DNA of 64,000 nucleotides from Eledone cirrhosa (taxonomy: Eukaryota). The stretch spans positions 15,376,001-15,440,000 of the forward strand of contig OZ024750.1 in the NCBI GenBank assembly GCA_964016885.1. Direction: 5' to 3'. The translations under genes were made by a program, and so were the position numbers. Shown one piece after another: positions 1 to 14,635 of this stretch; the first letter of the stretch is position 1, and each line of letters starts with the position of its first letter. The notes beneath the pieces were generated by a model. That model saw only the letters and a program-made list of their open reading frames with translations. It was not told the DNA's origin and did not search any database.

Positions 1-44
1 AGAATTTCAAATACACAAAGATAATGGAAACAAGAAGATATAAT

Positions 45-82
<38 letters not shown>

Positions 83-558
83 AGAAGTGGGCTAGCAGCC
101 GAAGTGCATGACAAAATTACATTAGTTTGAATGAAAATGTATGTATATATTTATACATGTTGGTGTAGTCTCGGTTACATACTCTGAATATATATATATA
201 TATATATATATGGATGTATATAAGATTATATCTTCTTGTTTCCATTATCTATGTGTATTTGAAATTCTTATCTCTTGGATACAAGCAATATTGGTTAGAA
301 GTAAGTTCTTGGTATTAGTGTATGCGAAATATATAGGGACTATTAAATCTCTCCCAAGGTAACTCTCTCTCTCTTGTGTTGTTATTATTATTTTTACCCT
401 TTCACTCTTCCCTTCATTCTACACATCTCACACATCTTATACACACCACGCATCTCAACGTACACCCACTTACATATCTCTCTCTCTCCTACACCGGACC
501 CTGTTACCCGGAGATTTACCCATTTGCATTGTCGAGGCTTCCAAACGACTTATAAATA

Positions 559-624
<66 letters not shown>

Positions 625-626
625 TA

Positions 627-750
627 TCGTCGAAACGGCTTGAGCTCAGCTGTCGGGGTCTTACTGGTTCCTATTACCCACTCTACTACCTCAAGTATTG
701 AGTACTTTTGTGCGTTATGGTCCACATGGTTCCTTACCACATTTCCTTCG

Positions 751-752
<2 letters not shown>
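627..752 (+). mobile_element. 3' half of a hammerhead-containing element between (TA)n tracts (second copy at 50654-50778)
   Basis: cgtc-GAAA-CGGC ttgagctca GCTG-TC-ggggtc followed by a tail. Near-identical to 50654-50778. Confidence 0.6.
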
Positions 753-829
<77 letters not shown>

Positions 830-1799
830 AGAGTCGAGGCTTGATGACTGAGCTATTGCCGTTTCAATAGTCAGCTGTCGGCCTCGACTCTTTATGATAT
901 AGCCATACTCTCCTATCCCAAGTATCGAGTACTCTGTTGAGTAATAATCTAATTAATTTTAAACTGGTTCTATCCTGAATAAACTTAATGACGATTCTCT
1001 GACACATCGCTCCTACTTAGTATTAATATTACACTCTACTTATGAAGGAAACAGACCATAGTATAACACTACATACTATACTTAAACGGACCTACCTACA
1101 CATCGAGCGCTCAAGTGAACCAACAGTAACATGAGGTTAAAACACATTAAGCAATATTTTTTTTTTTTTTCAGTTGGGAACATCCAGACTTTTTTTAACC
1201 ATGACCATCCAGTAGAATTACAATTACTCACAATATACAAAATGGCCGCGAATTCAAAGCATTCTTTTCCGAATCTTTACCCAAGTGATTTATGTGAGTT
1301 ACGTTCGCAGGGTGTCCCGTGTCTTTATGTACTGTAATAGGACTAAATAAACACGACTGAGTCAATTACTTTTAAAGTGTAATGAATGAAAGGGGTCCAA
1401 CATTGTAACAGAAGCTACTGAAACAATCGATATTTTAGTGTTTTAAAACCAAAGTCTCGATAATTTTGTGATATTTAAGTTCAGATTAATTCTTTAGTGC
1501 TTATTGTCCAGAACATTTTCTATTTGCTATTAATAATCAGCTTCACATTTATTAATGTCTTAACGATATAGAGTTAAACATCTATAAACTTTAATATCCT
1601 TTGATTTTTCTTTGATACGACTACTTTCATAACATTATGTATTGAATGTAACTTTCATTCGCTCATAAGAATACTAATAAATGTTGTAGCTGTCACTAAA
1701 CGATGGCATTTCACCCTTACAAGGAACACTTATATTAAATTCTTTTAGAAGAAATTATTTTGTGAATTAATCCTAATATGAAAGCACGTACATGCTTTC

Positions 1800-2400
1800 A
1801 TCTTGGAATTCAAATTATAAATAGCTTAACGAATTGTGGAATTGTGCTGATAATGCAAGGACTATAAATGATTACCATAGAACAGAACTGTCTGGTTAAA
1901 TACAAGTATATCAGGTACAGTAAAAATGTTTGTCATGTTAAAAATATTACATTTTGCTGGAAGTTGTACTTCGTCTTGCAAACTATATGGTCAAATTATA
2001 TCGCTTAATTGTCGCTATATTAGTGAAGTCTGAACAGTGTTGCATAGATGATCAGTGGTTGCTTATAGAGGAGCCTCCATTTTATAATACTGATGTAGTC
2101 CGAGGAAATGATTTTTTGGAGTAGAAATCCAGTTTGATTTCAGTGTTGCCACAGGAGTTCTAAGAACAATGCTATAAACTATTCCAAATTGCTTTTGGGA
2201 CTCCAAAAGCCGGAATTTAATTTATATATGTTCACAGATATCTGATGCACAATCGAAAAACAAAGTGGCTTGAGAGGATTAGACGATTTGATCTAAAATT
2301 GGAGACTGATCTATGTACGTAAACCATAGCATAATTCTATTTCAACAATGTTGAAAGAAGATACATGCAGTTGACAAACTTTAAAATTATCAAAGCCAAA
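1800..2400 (+). mobile_element. Highly decayed piggyBac-like transposase remnant
   Basis: 2032-2071 gives EQCCIDDQ(M)VAYRG with one frameshift, resembling SIDEQMVPFKG. A CYKLF segment follows near 2170. Boundaries are uncertain. Confidence 0.4.
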
Positions 2401-2886
2401 TTAGACCAAAGCCTGACAACATTAAAATGTACTCTATCGGGGTTTCAAATTGATAAACTTCCAACAAAATACGATGGATAACAAATATTAATGAGAAATT
2501 ATTAACAGTTTTGCAGCATTGTAATGTACCGGCATGATTCATTTTGAAGTTGCCCGTTAAAGGAAACAATTTAAACATGAAAGGTTCGTTTCTACAATGT
2601 GTTAGTTGATATATAAATACATACTTCTATGTCCAGAACAAACTCCACCGAAGTCAACATTGCCTTTCATGCTAAGTATCAGTCAAGCATGGTTTGATAT
2701 AATCGACTGTTCGTCCCTGAAAATTAATAGGAATAATCACATATTAGTTGGTACGCCGACGTACCATTATATTAAGCAAATTACTCTACTGACACTGTTT
2801 TGTTGTTAAATAACAATGATGTTTTGGTGATAATATATATATATATACACAAACACACATATATATACATACATATACATACATAT

Positions 2887-2983
<97 letters not shown>

Positions 2984-3533
2984 AATGAATATTTTTTCCC
3001 TTATACATATACGTTCACACGTATCCATACAATTAAAACATTTATTGTGTGATGTGTGCATTTCATAAATAGGTGTTAGAAAATGGTAATTTATCATTAT
3101 ATCTTCCAGTGTTTCCAACTAGTTACACTGAAGCAGTTTGATTCAATTAACGCGTCCTGTAGATTACTTTCATCTTTAAATATATAGGCTGAAAGGTTTT
3201 TGCTGATTTCTAAATTATTAATCGTTTATTTCTCTAGGGAAATTATTAATTAGCATTAAGATGTAGTTGCAGTTGTTTATTATCATTAAATCATCCTCAT
3301 CATTATCGACATCATGACCAATATCATTATTATTGTTATTTCATAGTTTTCAATATACTTATTTTTTTCTGTAGTTGATAAATGTGACCACAAAAATACA
3401 CACACTAACTCACACTTACAGACACACCGACAATCATAATCACACACGCCTCTACAATACTACAGACACACACAAACGCACACATATTTTTCTTACCTGC
3501 TGTTCTTAACGATGAAATCAGTCTCTCTCTCTC

Positions 3534-3618
<85 letters not shown>

Positions 3619-3819
3619 TTCTCTCTCGTTCTTCCTCTCTTTCTCTGTCTCATTCTGAGACCAATCTCGCCCAAAACGTTTTTGCTGATGCAGACCACAA
3701 CCACTTTCCGCAGAATACCGATGATAACATACAGACACACACACATAAACTCATAAATACATATGTATTTTTTGTTACCTTCTTGCCAAGCTGTAATTAC
3801 ATATTCTTTCCTATTAAGG

Positions 3820-3865
<46 letters not shown>

Positions 3866-3880
3866 CGTGTGTGCGTGTGC

Positions 3881-3916
<36 letters not shown>

Positions 3917-4349
3917 TACCAACCACGCTCTCCACCATTCTAACTCTCTCTATCCCCTCTTCACTCTAGATATCAAACCAGACTACACTCTACGTAACTC
4001 CTCGGAACTGCTGTACACACACGGAACTGCTTCCACACCTGTATGTTCCTCACTAACATCACTATTCCACCTGATACAACTATTCAGCCTCCCATATTTC
4101 TGACACTTTCATCTGCACCTCTTTCTCGGTCATATCTGTACTCTTCTCAAATACTTTCTCTGACACTAGTAGAATACCCGGAGTTGCTCGGGATTACAAG
4201 TATCTATAAATGTACTAGTGTTGTTCCCAATGAAGGTATATTCCATTTCATAAATGTTGGATTTCTCTTGAAAATGTATCATTCATATATAACATTATAT
4301 TTTTTTCAAAACACATCATATTTCAGTGCCTAATACCCTGTGCTACATA

Positions 4350-4444
4350 TATTGGGCCGTCAAGTATGAAATATGTAGAAATTTCTAGAAAAAAAAAACA
4401 AATTTCTACAAATTTCTACAAATTTCATTCTTGACGACCCAATA
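4350..4444. mobile_element. Small Tc1/mariner-type MITE
   Basis: TATTGGGCCGTCAAGTATGAAAT ... ATTTCATTCTTGACGACCCAATA inverted ends, TA-flanked. Confidence 0.6.
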
Positions 4445-6024
4445 CAAGCTCAATATGAATAGTATACTTCGTAATTCAATTATTTAAATAATATATATAC
4501 CTAATCCATGCATATCAAATAAGAACGCAGGATTAAGTTAGAATTAAAACAGTTTTAATTATTTTGAGATTAGTATTCAATACATTTTATCTTTTTCTAT
4601 AAAAATAAACTTTTATATTTGAAAGAATTCTAAACGTTAAGAGTGTCACGAATGAAAATAAAATCAATCTTATAAAATATGAAAATCAGAATATTCAATA
4701 GTAACCCTCCACACAACCAAATATTGAAACTGACTGGAAGCAATTCTTGAAACAAAGAAATGACATTAAGAATTGCGATGAATCCCAGCTTTAACATTAT
4801 GTTGGTAACCAAAGTGGCCTTAGGAATTCTAAACACTGTCATGACGGCACTTCAGGATGCACATTGTTTTTTGGGGGGGGGGTTGCAGGAGCATAAATAA
4901 AGAAATTTATGGAGTTTTCAACTCTTGAACAGCTTCCCTAAAATTAGCCATAGGCAAAACAGATTCATGTTCTTCTGTTACTTTTGCTTTCAGAGCTCAC
5001 TTACGTTTAGCCGCAGAGGGAAGGACGTTTTAATAATTGTTTCTACGTTTAGCACAAGGCCAGCAATTATCCCATTGAATTACTGGTAGTTTATTTTATC
5101 GACCCCGTAAGGATGAAAGACAAAGTTAACCTCGGCGATATTTGAACTCAGACCATAAAGAGCCGTAACTCTTTGCTTCAAAGCATGGCGTCAAACCCTC
5201 TTTCGATACTGCCAATCCACCTAATGGAACAGATTTTTCTATTGTATCGTTGGTGGAAATATCATTAAGACAAAAGCAATATTATGTTAAGGAGAAACTA
5301 GTGAAGTGTAATTTAAATAAAAGTGCCATTGCAAGGCCACAAGTACAACCAATGAAATATTTGTAAATATGAGCAACGAGTTTCTTATTAGGGCTAGAGA
5401 AGAAATCAATAAACAAAGCGAACAGATCAGCAGTCAATGTTAACAAAAGGAATAGGAAATAAAATGGGATTTATAGAAAACAGGAAAACAAAGAATGAAA
5501 ACAAGAGTGGAAAGCAAGAGAGTGGAAGAAAGTTCTTATAGTAATTGTTTCTATTTTTGGCACAAGGCCAGCAATTATGCCAGTGCATTACTGATACTTT
5601 ATTTTATCGACCCCGTAAGGATGAAAGGCAAAGTTACAGGGTCAATAACTTATAGTAATGTCAGTAAGGTAGCGATGCAGCAACACAACAATGGTGGGAA
5701 AGCGAAAGATAGCTACATCCAAAAGAAAAGGGAGTGATGCTTAAATAGAAAATAGAGTGAGGAAATGAAAATGTGATGTGGATTAGGAAAGGAAAGGAAT
5801 CTTGTAACATTATGGGAGAGAAATCGAAACAAGCACACTGACAAACATTTAGAAATATATTACAGATTACATCCCTGTTTTCGAGGTGTTCTTGAAAAAA
5901 GAATTTTACCAGAGATTTAATACGATATATCTGAGACAATCAAATTTATGTATTTCACGATCGTTACTCCATGATTAGTAACGCTGATATAAATATATAT
6001 ATATATATTTATATATATATGTGC

Positions 6025-6098
<74 letters not shown>

Positions 6099-6415
6099 AG
6101 AGAGTTGAGAGTAAAACTGTGTATCAGAGGAATAAACTGTAGTGTACAGGAGAGAAGACTGCTTTGGTATGGCCATGTGATGTGCATGGATGATGACCGC
6201 TGGGTAAAGAAGTGCCAAGTAATCCTAGTAGAAGGAAGATGCAGTAGAGGAAGACCACGATAAACATAAGCAGAGGTGGTAAGAGCTGATCTCAGATCGC
6301 TGGTGCTCACAGAGGAGATGTGACAAATGGGAAGATGCTGTGTTAAAGAGAACCCGTCCCACTCTTGCAAGCAGGGAAAAGTGGACGTAAAGTGATGAAT
6401 GATGATGATATATAA

Positions 6416-6530
<115 letters not shown>

Positions 6531-9309
6531 CGTGCGTGCGTGTGTGTGTGTGTATATATATACATATACATAGATGTGAGAAAAACCACAAACCCTCCAT
6601 CTCAATTCTACTTTTGAAAAGCAGAACTGCGAAACCGGTAAAGGAACCAAATAAATATATATTTTTTTATAAAAAAAAGACTCTAGTTGCATTTTCAATT
6701 TCATCTTTTTTCCTTATACTTTCACTCGTGTAGGACACCTCCGTTTTTTTTTTTTTCATTTTGTAAAAAAACCTCACTTTCTTATATATATATACGTATA
6801 CGGTTTTACTTTAATGGTATACGGTGTGAGAAATAATTAACTATGAGAAATATTCACTCTGACGTAGATACAACAGCAGTCGTAAATACAAGACAGACAC
6901 AATATTTTAAAAACACATTTATTTGAAAGTTCTAATTAATTAATTTCTTGTTCCTTACGTAATAGCAGATAAACTTTTGTCTAAACATCATTTATCATCA
7001 ATACGACTCGATTCTCTGACTACAAAATAGAATATAATATATTGTAAATGTTCAAAGGGCTACAAGAGTGAAATAAATAGAAATGTTGGTAGACCTTCAC
7101 CATTTCCAGCAAGTGCCCAAATTACTTCAATCAACGGAACATCCTGCTTATGAAATTAACGTGCACGTGACTGAGTATTCCTTAACCAAGTTCTAAGGAA
7201 GATTCAGTGTGACACAGTATATGACAAGGCTTGCCCCTTTGAATTGCAGGTATAATATTTTTGGCAGTTGATTAGACATGACAAACGTGAAATGAAGTAC
7301 CTTGCTCAATGACACAATATGTTGTCCAATCTGGGAATCGAAATCACGACCTTACGATGGTGAATTCAGCACCCTAACTGCTAAGCCACGCGTCTTTTTG
7401 ATAGAATTAGAGATAATTCTCATGTGTGTATTTTCTTCGATTAGAAGTTTCTAATGCTAGTCTCTCATTACCCTCGGGGAGGTACACTCTCTATCCGCTT
7501 TCCAAATAAACTGTCACTCATAAAACTGCATATAATTTATTATGCATTTATTATTCTAAAAGACATCACATTATTTGGGAATGTTACTCTTTAGCATTTA
7601 GATTACTCTATATATATACTATTGTATGTTTGTGGTAAAGGCTTTATCTCACATAATATTGAATCTATGAGATTTTGATGTTATTTATTTTGAGAACAAT
7701 ACTTTAATGTCAGTATGAACAGAAAGAGGTGAGAGAATTCTGGTCGGATATGGCCAGTTTAAATGCTAAGGGGTTAAAATATTTGACATTTAAGTATAAC
7801 AAAACATCATGGTGAACATTTTGTGTGGTGGTGGGGGTGTCGCCTGTGTGAATCCCAATTGCATTTGTAAATGAAAAAAAGTGTTAATGATATATTACTA
7901 TGATTTGTTTAGATTCCCTTTTTTAAGGCCAAAAGGTCAATCGCCACTGCTTTTTATCCAAATTTTCCATTTTCGTGATCACAAGAAATAGGGGTTTTAA
8001 AGTAGAGTGAAGAGTGGAATGTGAAGTATAACAGCCGAGAGAGATAGATAGATGAATTGTGAGTTAGAACTACCACTAGTGTCATCAAACAATATCTGAG
8101 AATCAATGACAAATACACATGTATAGTAAAATATCACATGATCCACATAACAGGTGCAATGTGGCCGAACACGGAAGAGTCGAACTCCTACACTGTCATC
8201 GTCTCCACCAGATTTCTGGTTGGTGTAAGTTTTATCGTAAACATTTAAAATTCAGCTACAAAGATTTACAAATTGCGAAGGAAAAACATTAATTTAAAAG
8301 TACCAGTAATGCACTGGGTAATTGCTGGCCTTGTGCCTAAAGTAGAAACAATTAATTTAAAAGAAACAATTAGTTCTCTTAACCTGACAATATATGTAAT
8401 GAGATATCAAAAGCAAATTTCGGATGAGATATATTCATTTAAAAAAGATCAATTATTTCCGCTTGCCTGGCAATGTGATATTAAAAGCAGATTTCGGGAA
8501 AAGAGATATTTCTTTAAAAAAAAACAATTACTTCTGCTTATCTGAAAATGTATTTAATGAGATATTAAAAGCAAATTTAGGAAGGAGATATATCCCTTAA
8601 AAAAAAACAATTTCTGCTTACTTGTCGATGTATTTAATGGTATATTAAAAGAACAATTTTGAGATTTAAATATCTTATCAAAAAGCAATTCATTCGACTT
8701 ATCAAGAAACATAAAAGAATAATTTACAAAATTCTAATCAATAAGAAGAGTAGGACAATACCTTTTCTGATTATCTTTTTCCCCGTAAAAGTAAACGTTA
8801 AGTTAGAAAAAATGTACATCAAGGAAAAAATTAATTCTCTTTACCAAAAAACAATAACTTTGCTATAAAAGTTGGTAATCATCAAAGCGATTAATAGAAA
8901 TAATTGTTTCTACTTTTGGCACAAGGCCAGCAATTATCCCAGTGTATTACTGGTACTTTATTTTATCGACCCCATAAGGATGAAGGCAACGTTAACTTCG
9001 GCGGGATTTGAACTCAGAATGGCAAGGGCTGTAACTCTATGCGTCAGAGCATGGCGTCCGACCCTCTACCGGTACTGCCAATACAACGCCAGATTAATAG
9101 AAATAATACAAAGTTTCAAAACGTTTTGGGGTAGCTTTCTGCTATGTAGAGTTGTTTGTTACATTCTATGAATGTCCAAATAGGTATAGACGAGGAGTGA
9201 CGACCAAGTTTTTGAAAGGAGAAACAGTATGATGCGAGGGAAAAATGAGTGGAAGAGTGACAGTGGTGAGTATCACATCAATACAATTTATCCAAAGTAT
9301 TGAAGTATT

Positions 9310-9575
9310 TAAGACTATTCAACGGAATTCGTAATATAATCGGACTGTCTCCCCCACAACCCCGGCGGACAGAATAGAGAAGGTGTTTCCCCGGAGGACG
9401 GCAAGGGAGACGCGTTGGAAGGAGCCACTCTCGCTCGCCGGGCTCACACCTGCGGCTGGCCAGCTCAGCGCTTATGGTGGTGAGTAGGGAGGTAGCCCTA
9501 GGGCCGAGGACACCAGAAGTCTCCACTGCCAAGGGTACAACCGCAAACCTGTCGGAGAGTGACCGATATTTTGAA
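9310..9575 (-). mobile_element. CRE-like (restriction-like endonuclease) non-LTR retrotransposon 3' fragment
   Basis: GC-rich. KYRSLSDRFAVVPLAVETSGVLGPRATSLL...EREWL and, after a frameshift, QRVSLAVLRGN. Confidence 0.7.
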
Positions 9576-9617
9576 TAGGTGTATGTATCTGTCTATTTTT
9601 TTTAGCTTCCTGTTATA

Positions 9618-9702
<85 letters not shown>

Positions 9703-9803
9703 TATATCTTCCAGCGAAAAGTGTAAATATCGGCAAAATGTAGGAGACCACTGAGAAAAGGTGTAATTAGTAAGTGAATTTATACATATATATAAATAAA
9801 TGT

Positions 9804-9855
<52 letters not shown>

Positions 9856-11373
9856 ATTTTGAACAATGAAAACAAAACAAAAGTCTGATATAGGTTGGGT
9901 TGTTTTACGATCGTTGGAATGATGAGTCCCTATCATCTCATTTCTACAGCTGAGTAAACTGGAGCAATGTGAAATAAAGTGTCTTGCTCAAGGAAACAAC
10001 ACATCACCCGGTCTGAGAATTGAATTCACAACCTTTCGATTGCAAGGCCAATGCTCTAACCACTAAGCCATGTGCCTCCACCATTGTAGACATATTTTCA
10101 ATACCACTTACATATTTTCCCAAACTTTTGCATAATTTGTGTTATTTTATACCCATTCATTATACTAAACTGAGTTCTTGTTCGTTTGTTTGTTTTATTG
10201 TTGCTGGTGTTTTTCTTGTGTATTGCTTGACATTAAACTAAATAGCTGGAGGGAATTAAGTCAGTCAGAAAATGTATAGGTTTTCCTTTAGTAAAAGTGA
10301 TTATATATACTTTTAATGATTCACACAATCCGTTACCAATATTTTCGAAACTCTCCTGGGTACATTGGAATTCAAAGTAGATTCAGTTGTATCAATATAC
10401 TATCAACGAAACCTTATAGAATTGTAGTTTCTCTGAAATGTACGTTGCAATTTTCTTTTACATATACTAATATATGCTTTTTCAGTATCAATAATCACAT
10501 TATTACAGATATATAAAGCAAGAATATTTACTGTGAACTTGTTTTTGTAATTGGTACGGCTTCTAAAAACAGACAGTTGTGATTAAGCAGGTATGTGAGT
10601 TTGTGTGCGTGTGTGCGTGTGTGTGTGTGTGTGTGCATATATTTCATATAAAAATAAGTTCTACATGATTCGTCGCCGCCGGCCTTCCACGTTTTCGAGT
10701 ATATTTTTCTTTTTTTTTTTCTTCAATTTTCTCTCCGTGACCGTACCTCTAATGGCTGGCGAGACGAGACCGATTTTTGTAAAAGATAAATTGTCAATTC
10801 AGGTCACAGCTGATGACCGGTGAAGTTTTTGATGAGAGCCTTACATAACTAGAACCTACCTGATTTCAAACGAATGAAACAGTTCTACATGTGTCCCATA
10901 GTCCGATCTGCCGGAGCTCAGCCGTCGGTGTCCTGACTCTTTTCCCATATATATATATATAATAATAATAGTAATAATAATAATTGTTTCTACTTTTGGC
11001 ACAAGGCCAGCAATTATCACAGTGTATTACTGGTACTTTATTTTATCGACCCCGTAAGGATGAAAGGCAAAGTTAACCTCGGCGGGATTTGAACTCAGAT
11101 CATAAAGGGCCGTAACTCTATGCTGCAAAGCATGGCGTCAGACCCTCTACCGATACTGCCAATCCAAGGGAACAAAGAATCAGTGTTGCATCATATACAT
11201 ATTTAATTACATATTACATATGTTTCACTGCCGATCAGCTCGAGGAACGATCGATCATTGATTCTTTGTTCCCTTATATAATATTATTATTGATACTCTG
11301 CTCACCACGAGCGATTGCTCATCTTGGCATACCGCCTACGGACGCAATTAATTTGCACCTCTAATACATAATA

Positions 11374-11409
<36 letters not shown>

Positions 11410-11411
<2 letters not shown>

Positions 11412-11630
11412 AAAGGCAAACAGATATAACAAAGCAAACGACACAGTACAATGAAGACATTTATTATTAGTTTTGGACACTAGTCCTTCATCAGAAACAG
11501 AATGAGAAATTAAAGAAGAAATAGAAAGTTTGAGGAGATGATCCACGTGGAAACGGAAAAACAGATCCATTCGTGTTGCCATCTCTTCCAGGACTGAGCA
11601 GAGTCTGATATTCCACCTTGGGACCAGTGT
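11410..11630. mobile_element. PLE 3'-end remnant with degenerate hammerhead
   Basis: Minus strand CTGATGA-aGGAC tagt GTCC-aAAAC (about 11470-11495) runs into (TA)n. Plus strand TEQSLIFHLGT (11592-11625) resembles the PLE endonuclease C-terminus. Confidence 0.45.
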
Positions 11631-14600
11631 AAGTGTAATGTTATATACAGTGTAAGTCAGTTTGAGTGTAATGATATAAAGTTAGGAGTGTAGTTCAATG
11701 TAGATATAATGTTATAAATGGTTAGAGGTGTACAATCAGTGACGGTCCACTATTATATAAAATAGAAAGTCAGAGATATACATTCAAAGTAGGTGGTTGT
11801 GTTAGTGTTAGTCATAGAGAGTCAAACAGTTGAACATAGGGCTGCCAAATAGGTTTGTATAATGTTCTTTTGGAAGTTGAGTACAATTTTCTAAGTCTGC
11901 CAATGCCACAGGAGGCGTTAACCTGGAAGGAATGCCTTTCCGATCACAACCTCAACCTCACCTCTCATTTTCCATACAAATCTCGTCTACCAACATATTT
12001 ATCTCATCTCCCTTCCTCTCGGAGGAAGGCATATTAGTTTACATTTTGCATGGCAATAGGTTGAGCTTAGGCTACATTGAAACATATGTAGCACTAATTT
12101 GAAAATCATTTGCTATATACACACACATACACACACATTATATATATATAATATGTATAGGGGAAAAGTATATAATTTTCCCTCAATTATGTTTCACTTT
12201 AAGCATCTGTGATATCTCTCATGAGTCTGGTGTTAGGTAATTATCTGTGAAAAAAACCAAACTGAAGCTTCAATTTCTTTATCGCTCTAATATGTTTAGT
12301 GGAATTAAATTTCAACTCCAATTATAACCAAGAAAAAATTCAACTTAACATAAATCATGATATCCCAATATAATATTTATTCATCAGTTAGTTGTACAGA
12401 CAATATGTGCTATATTCTGTAGGCTGTAGTTTCATAGTTCAGTACTATATCTAATTTTTAGAATGAGCATTATTATATCATTTATCATAGAGGAGGTATT
12501 GACTTTCAATCATCTTACACTACAGGTTTAAAGAAAATGGTATTACTGGAAGGATACTTATGTTTAGCAAATGTCTAAATATATAGTAAATTTCCATATT
12601 TGAAAGGTTGTCCAGCATGTGTTAAAATAAGAAAATAATAATTGTTTCTACTTTTGGCACAAGGCCAGCAATTACCCAGTGCATTACTGGTACTTTATTT
12701 TATCAACTCCGTAAGGATGAAAGGCAAAGTTAACCTCGGCGGGATTTGAACTCAGAATGGCAAGGGCCGTAACTCCATGCGTCAAAGCATAGTGTCCAAC
12801 CCTCTACCGGTACTGCCAATCCAAATACTTAATATGCACAATTTTTTTCTTTAAAGTAGATCCCAACGGGATCAGAACTCAGAACATAAAGGACTGTAAC
12901 AAAATACCACAAGGTATTTTTCCAGTGCATTTTACCCAAACATCTAATATTCCATGCAAAATGTAAATAATTGTTTCTACTTTTGGCACAAGGCCAGCAG
13001 TTACCCAGTGCATTACTGGTACTTTATTTTATTGACCCTGTAAGGATGAAAGGCAAAGTCAACCTTGGTGGGATCTGAACTCAGACTATAAAGGGGCGTA
13101 ACTCAATGCTGCAAAGCATGGTGTCTGATCTTCTACCGATACTGCCAATAATATTCAATGTAAAGAATATAAAGTTTTTGATGAGTGACTGTCAAAGGTT
13201 TCTGAAGCTAATCTTTTGTTTTATTTCTTTATGTTTTACTCCTAAACAATAACTTTCTTTATAAGATCAATGTCATATTTTGTTTTATTCCATTACCATT
13301 TATAATAAAATATATATCAAGAATGTTCTGAGAGAGAGAGCCAAGACTAAAAAAATATATTGTTGTTTGTTTGTTTTTAATACCCTTAAATACAATAACT
13401 TAACATTTGTCCATTTGAGGATTTTTCTTTTCTTCAATAATATTATAAACTACTAAATTTTATGCAATGTATCAGGAAATTTGTTATTTTTAAATATTCT
13501 ATTTCAAATATATCTGTAATATATAAGGTATTATCTATGCAGTGAAAATATTATGTATACTCAACATCATATATATTACTTTCATTGTGCTAATGAAACT
13601 CTATATATGTCGACTATATCTTTCAGAAGAAGGTAAACACAATATCATTGATGTGAAGCATACAATTCTTTAGCATATTCACAAAAACATTTTTCTCTAG
13701 AAGAAATCAAGGATAAGTCAAAGCAGGAAGTAGTTAGAGATAAAATACAATATTAAGGTGGTAATGATAGTAAATATAAAAGCTATTACGATGTCCTCAA
13801 ACAATATTCTTTATGTTTAACTAATACCATGAAATAAAACTGTGTTCAAAGTCTCTATAAAGCCATAATTTTCTAAACCTTTATTTTTACATTAAATTGA
13901 CTGATATGATAGTTGCAAGTTAGCTTGTGACAGTTTCATTATCTCATAAACATTGCAACTACTATTTACCTTAAATTTCTTGTTAGTTCAAGAAAATTGT
14001 GTAAAACCATTCCTAATTTTACATAGTTAAAAACAACTGAAAAGAACTACACTAGATAAAATAAAAACAAATAAATATAAATAAATAGAAGGAAACTAAA
14101 TTTAAAACATCGTAAATAAACATGATGGAAATTCTTTCAGAAGTATTGGTACATTTTGTAAGTATGTTGAGAAACAATATCAATTAGAGATTTAACCGAT
14201 AGCAGTTATCACGTTTAAATCTACACCTTTTTAAGCAGGTGTACATTCCTCCACTTCTAAAAACAAGTCTAATTGCAAGCATATGTTCTTGTAAAGGGGA
14301 ATAAGGTTATGTAAATAATAGAAATGGACTAGCTATTCTTAAACTTAACTCTGAGTGAACTACAATGAATACCTCATAGTTTAGTTTGAAATAACAATCA
14401 GAAAAGTCAAGCATTATGTGTGTGTTCCTATACGTTGAGCAATGTATTATACAAGTATGGTATTTTATTACTGTATTACTGCCTATTCACTAATACCTCA
14501 GTATTCGGTTAAAGCTATAAAAGTGTCTTTTGTATGCAAAATAGAGGAAGAAATTCAGATTTGGGATCAATCCCAACAGAATATTTTTATTCTTACAGAC

Positions 14601-14635
14601 CCCTATTCATCATTGTTTCTAATTAAATAATAATA

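Noticed and set aside
3494-3720. Possible first exon of a neighbouring minus-strand gene (CAG|GTAAGA at about 3497)
   Set aside because: Only a donor-like motif beside a (CT)n tract, with no coding support.
4220-4290. Hammerhead-like CAATGA...GAAA-ATGtatCAT-TC
   Set aside because: The core is broken and there is no convincing stem I.
10808-10830. Other CTGATGA hits (10810, 19736, 26922, and minus-strand 12381, 23046, 29649)
   Set aside because: They lack a properly placed GAAA with stems I-III, so they are chance matches or lie within other transposons.
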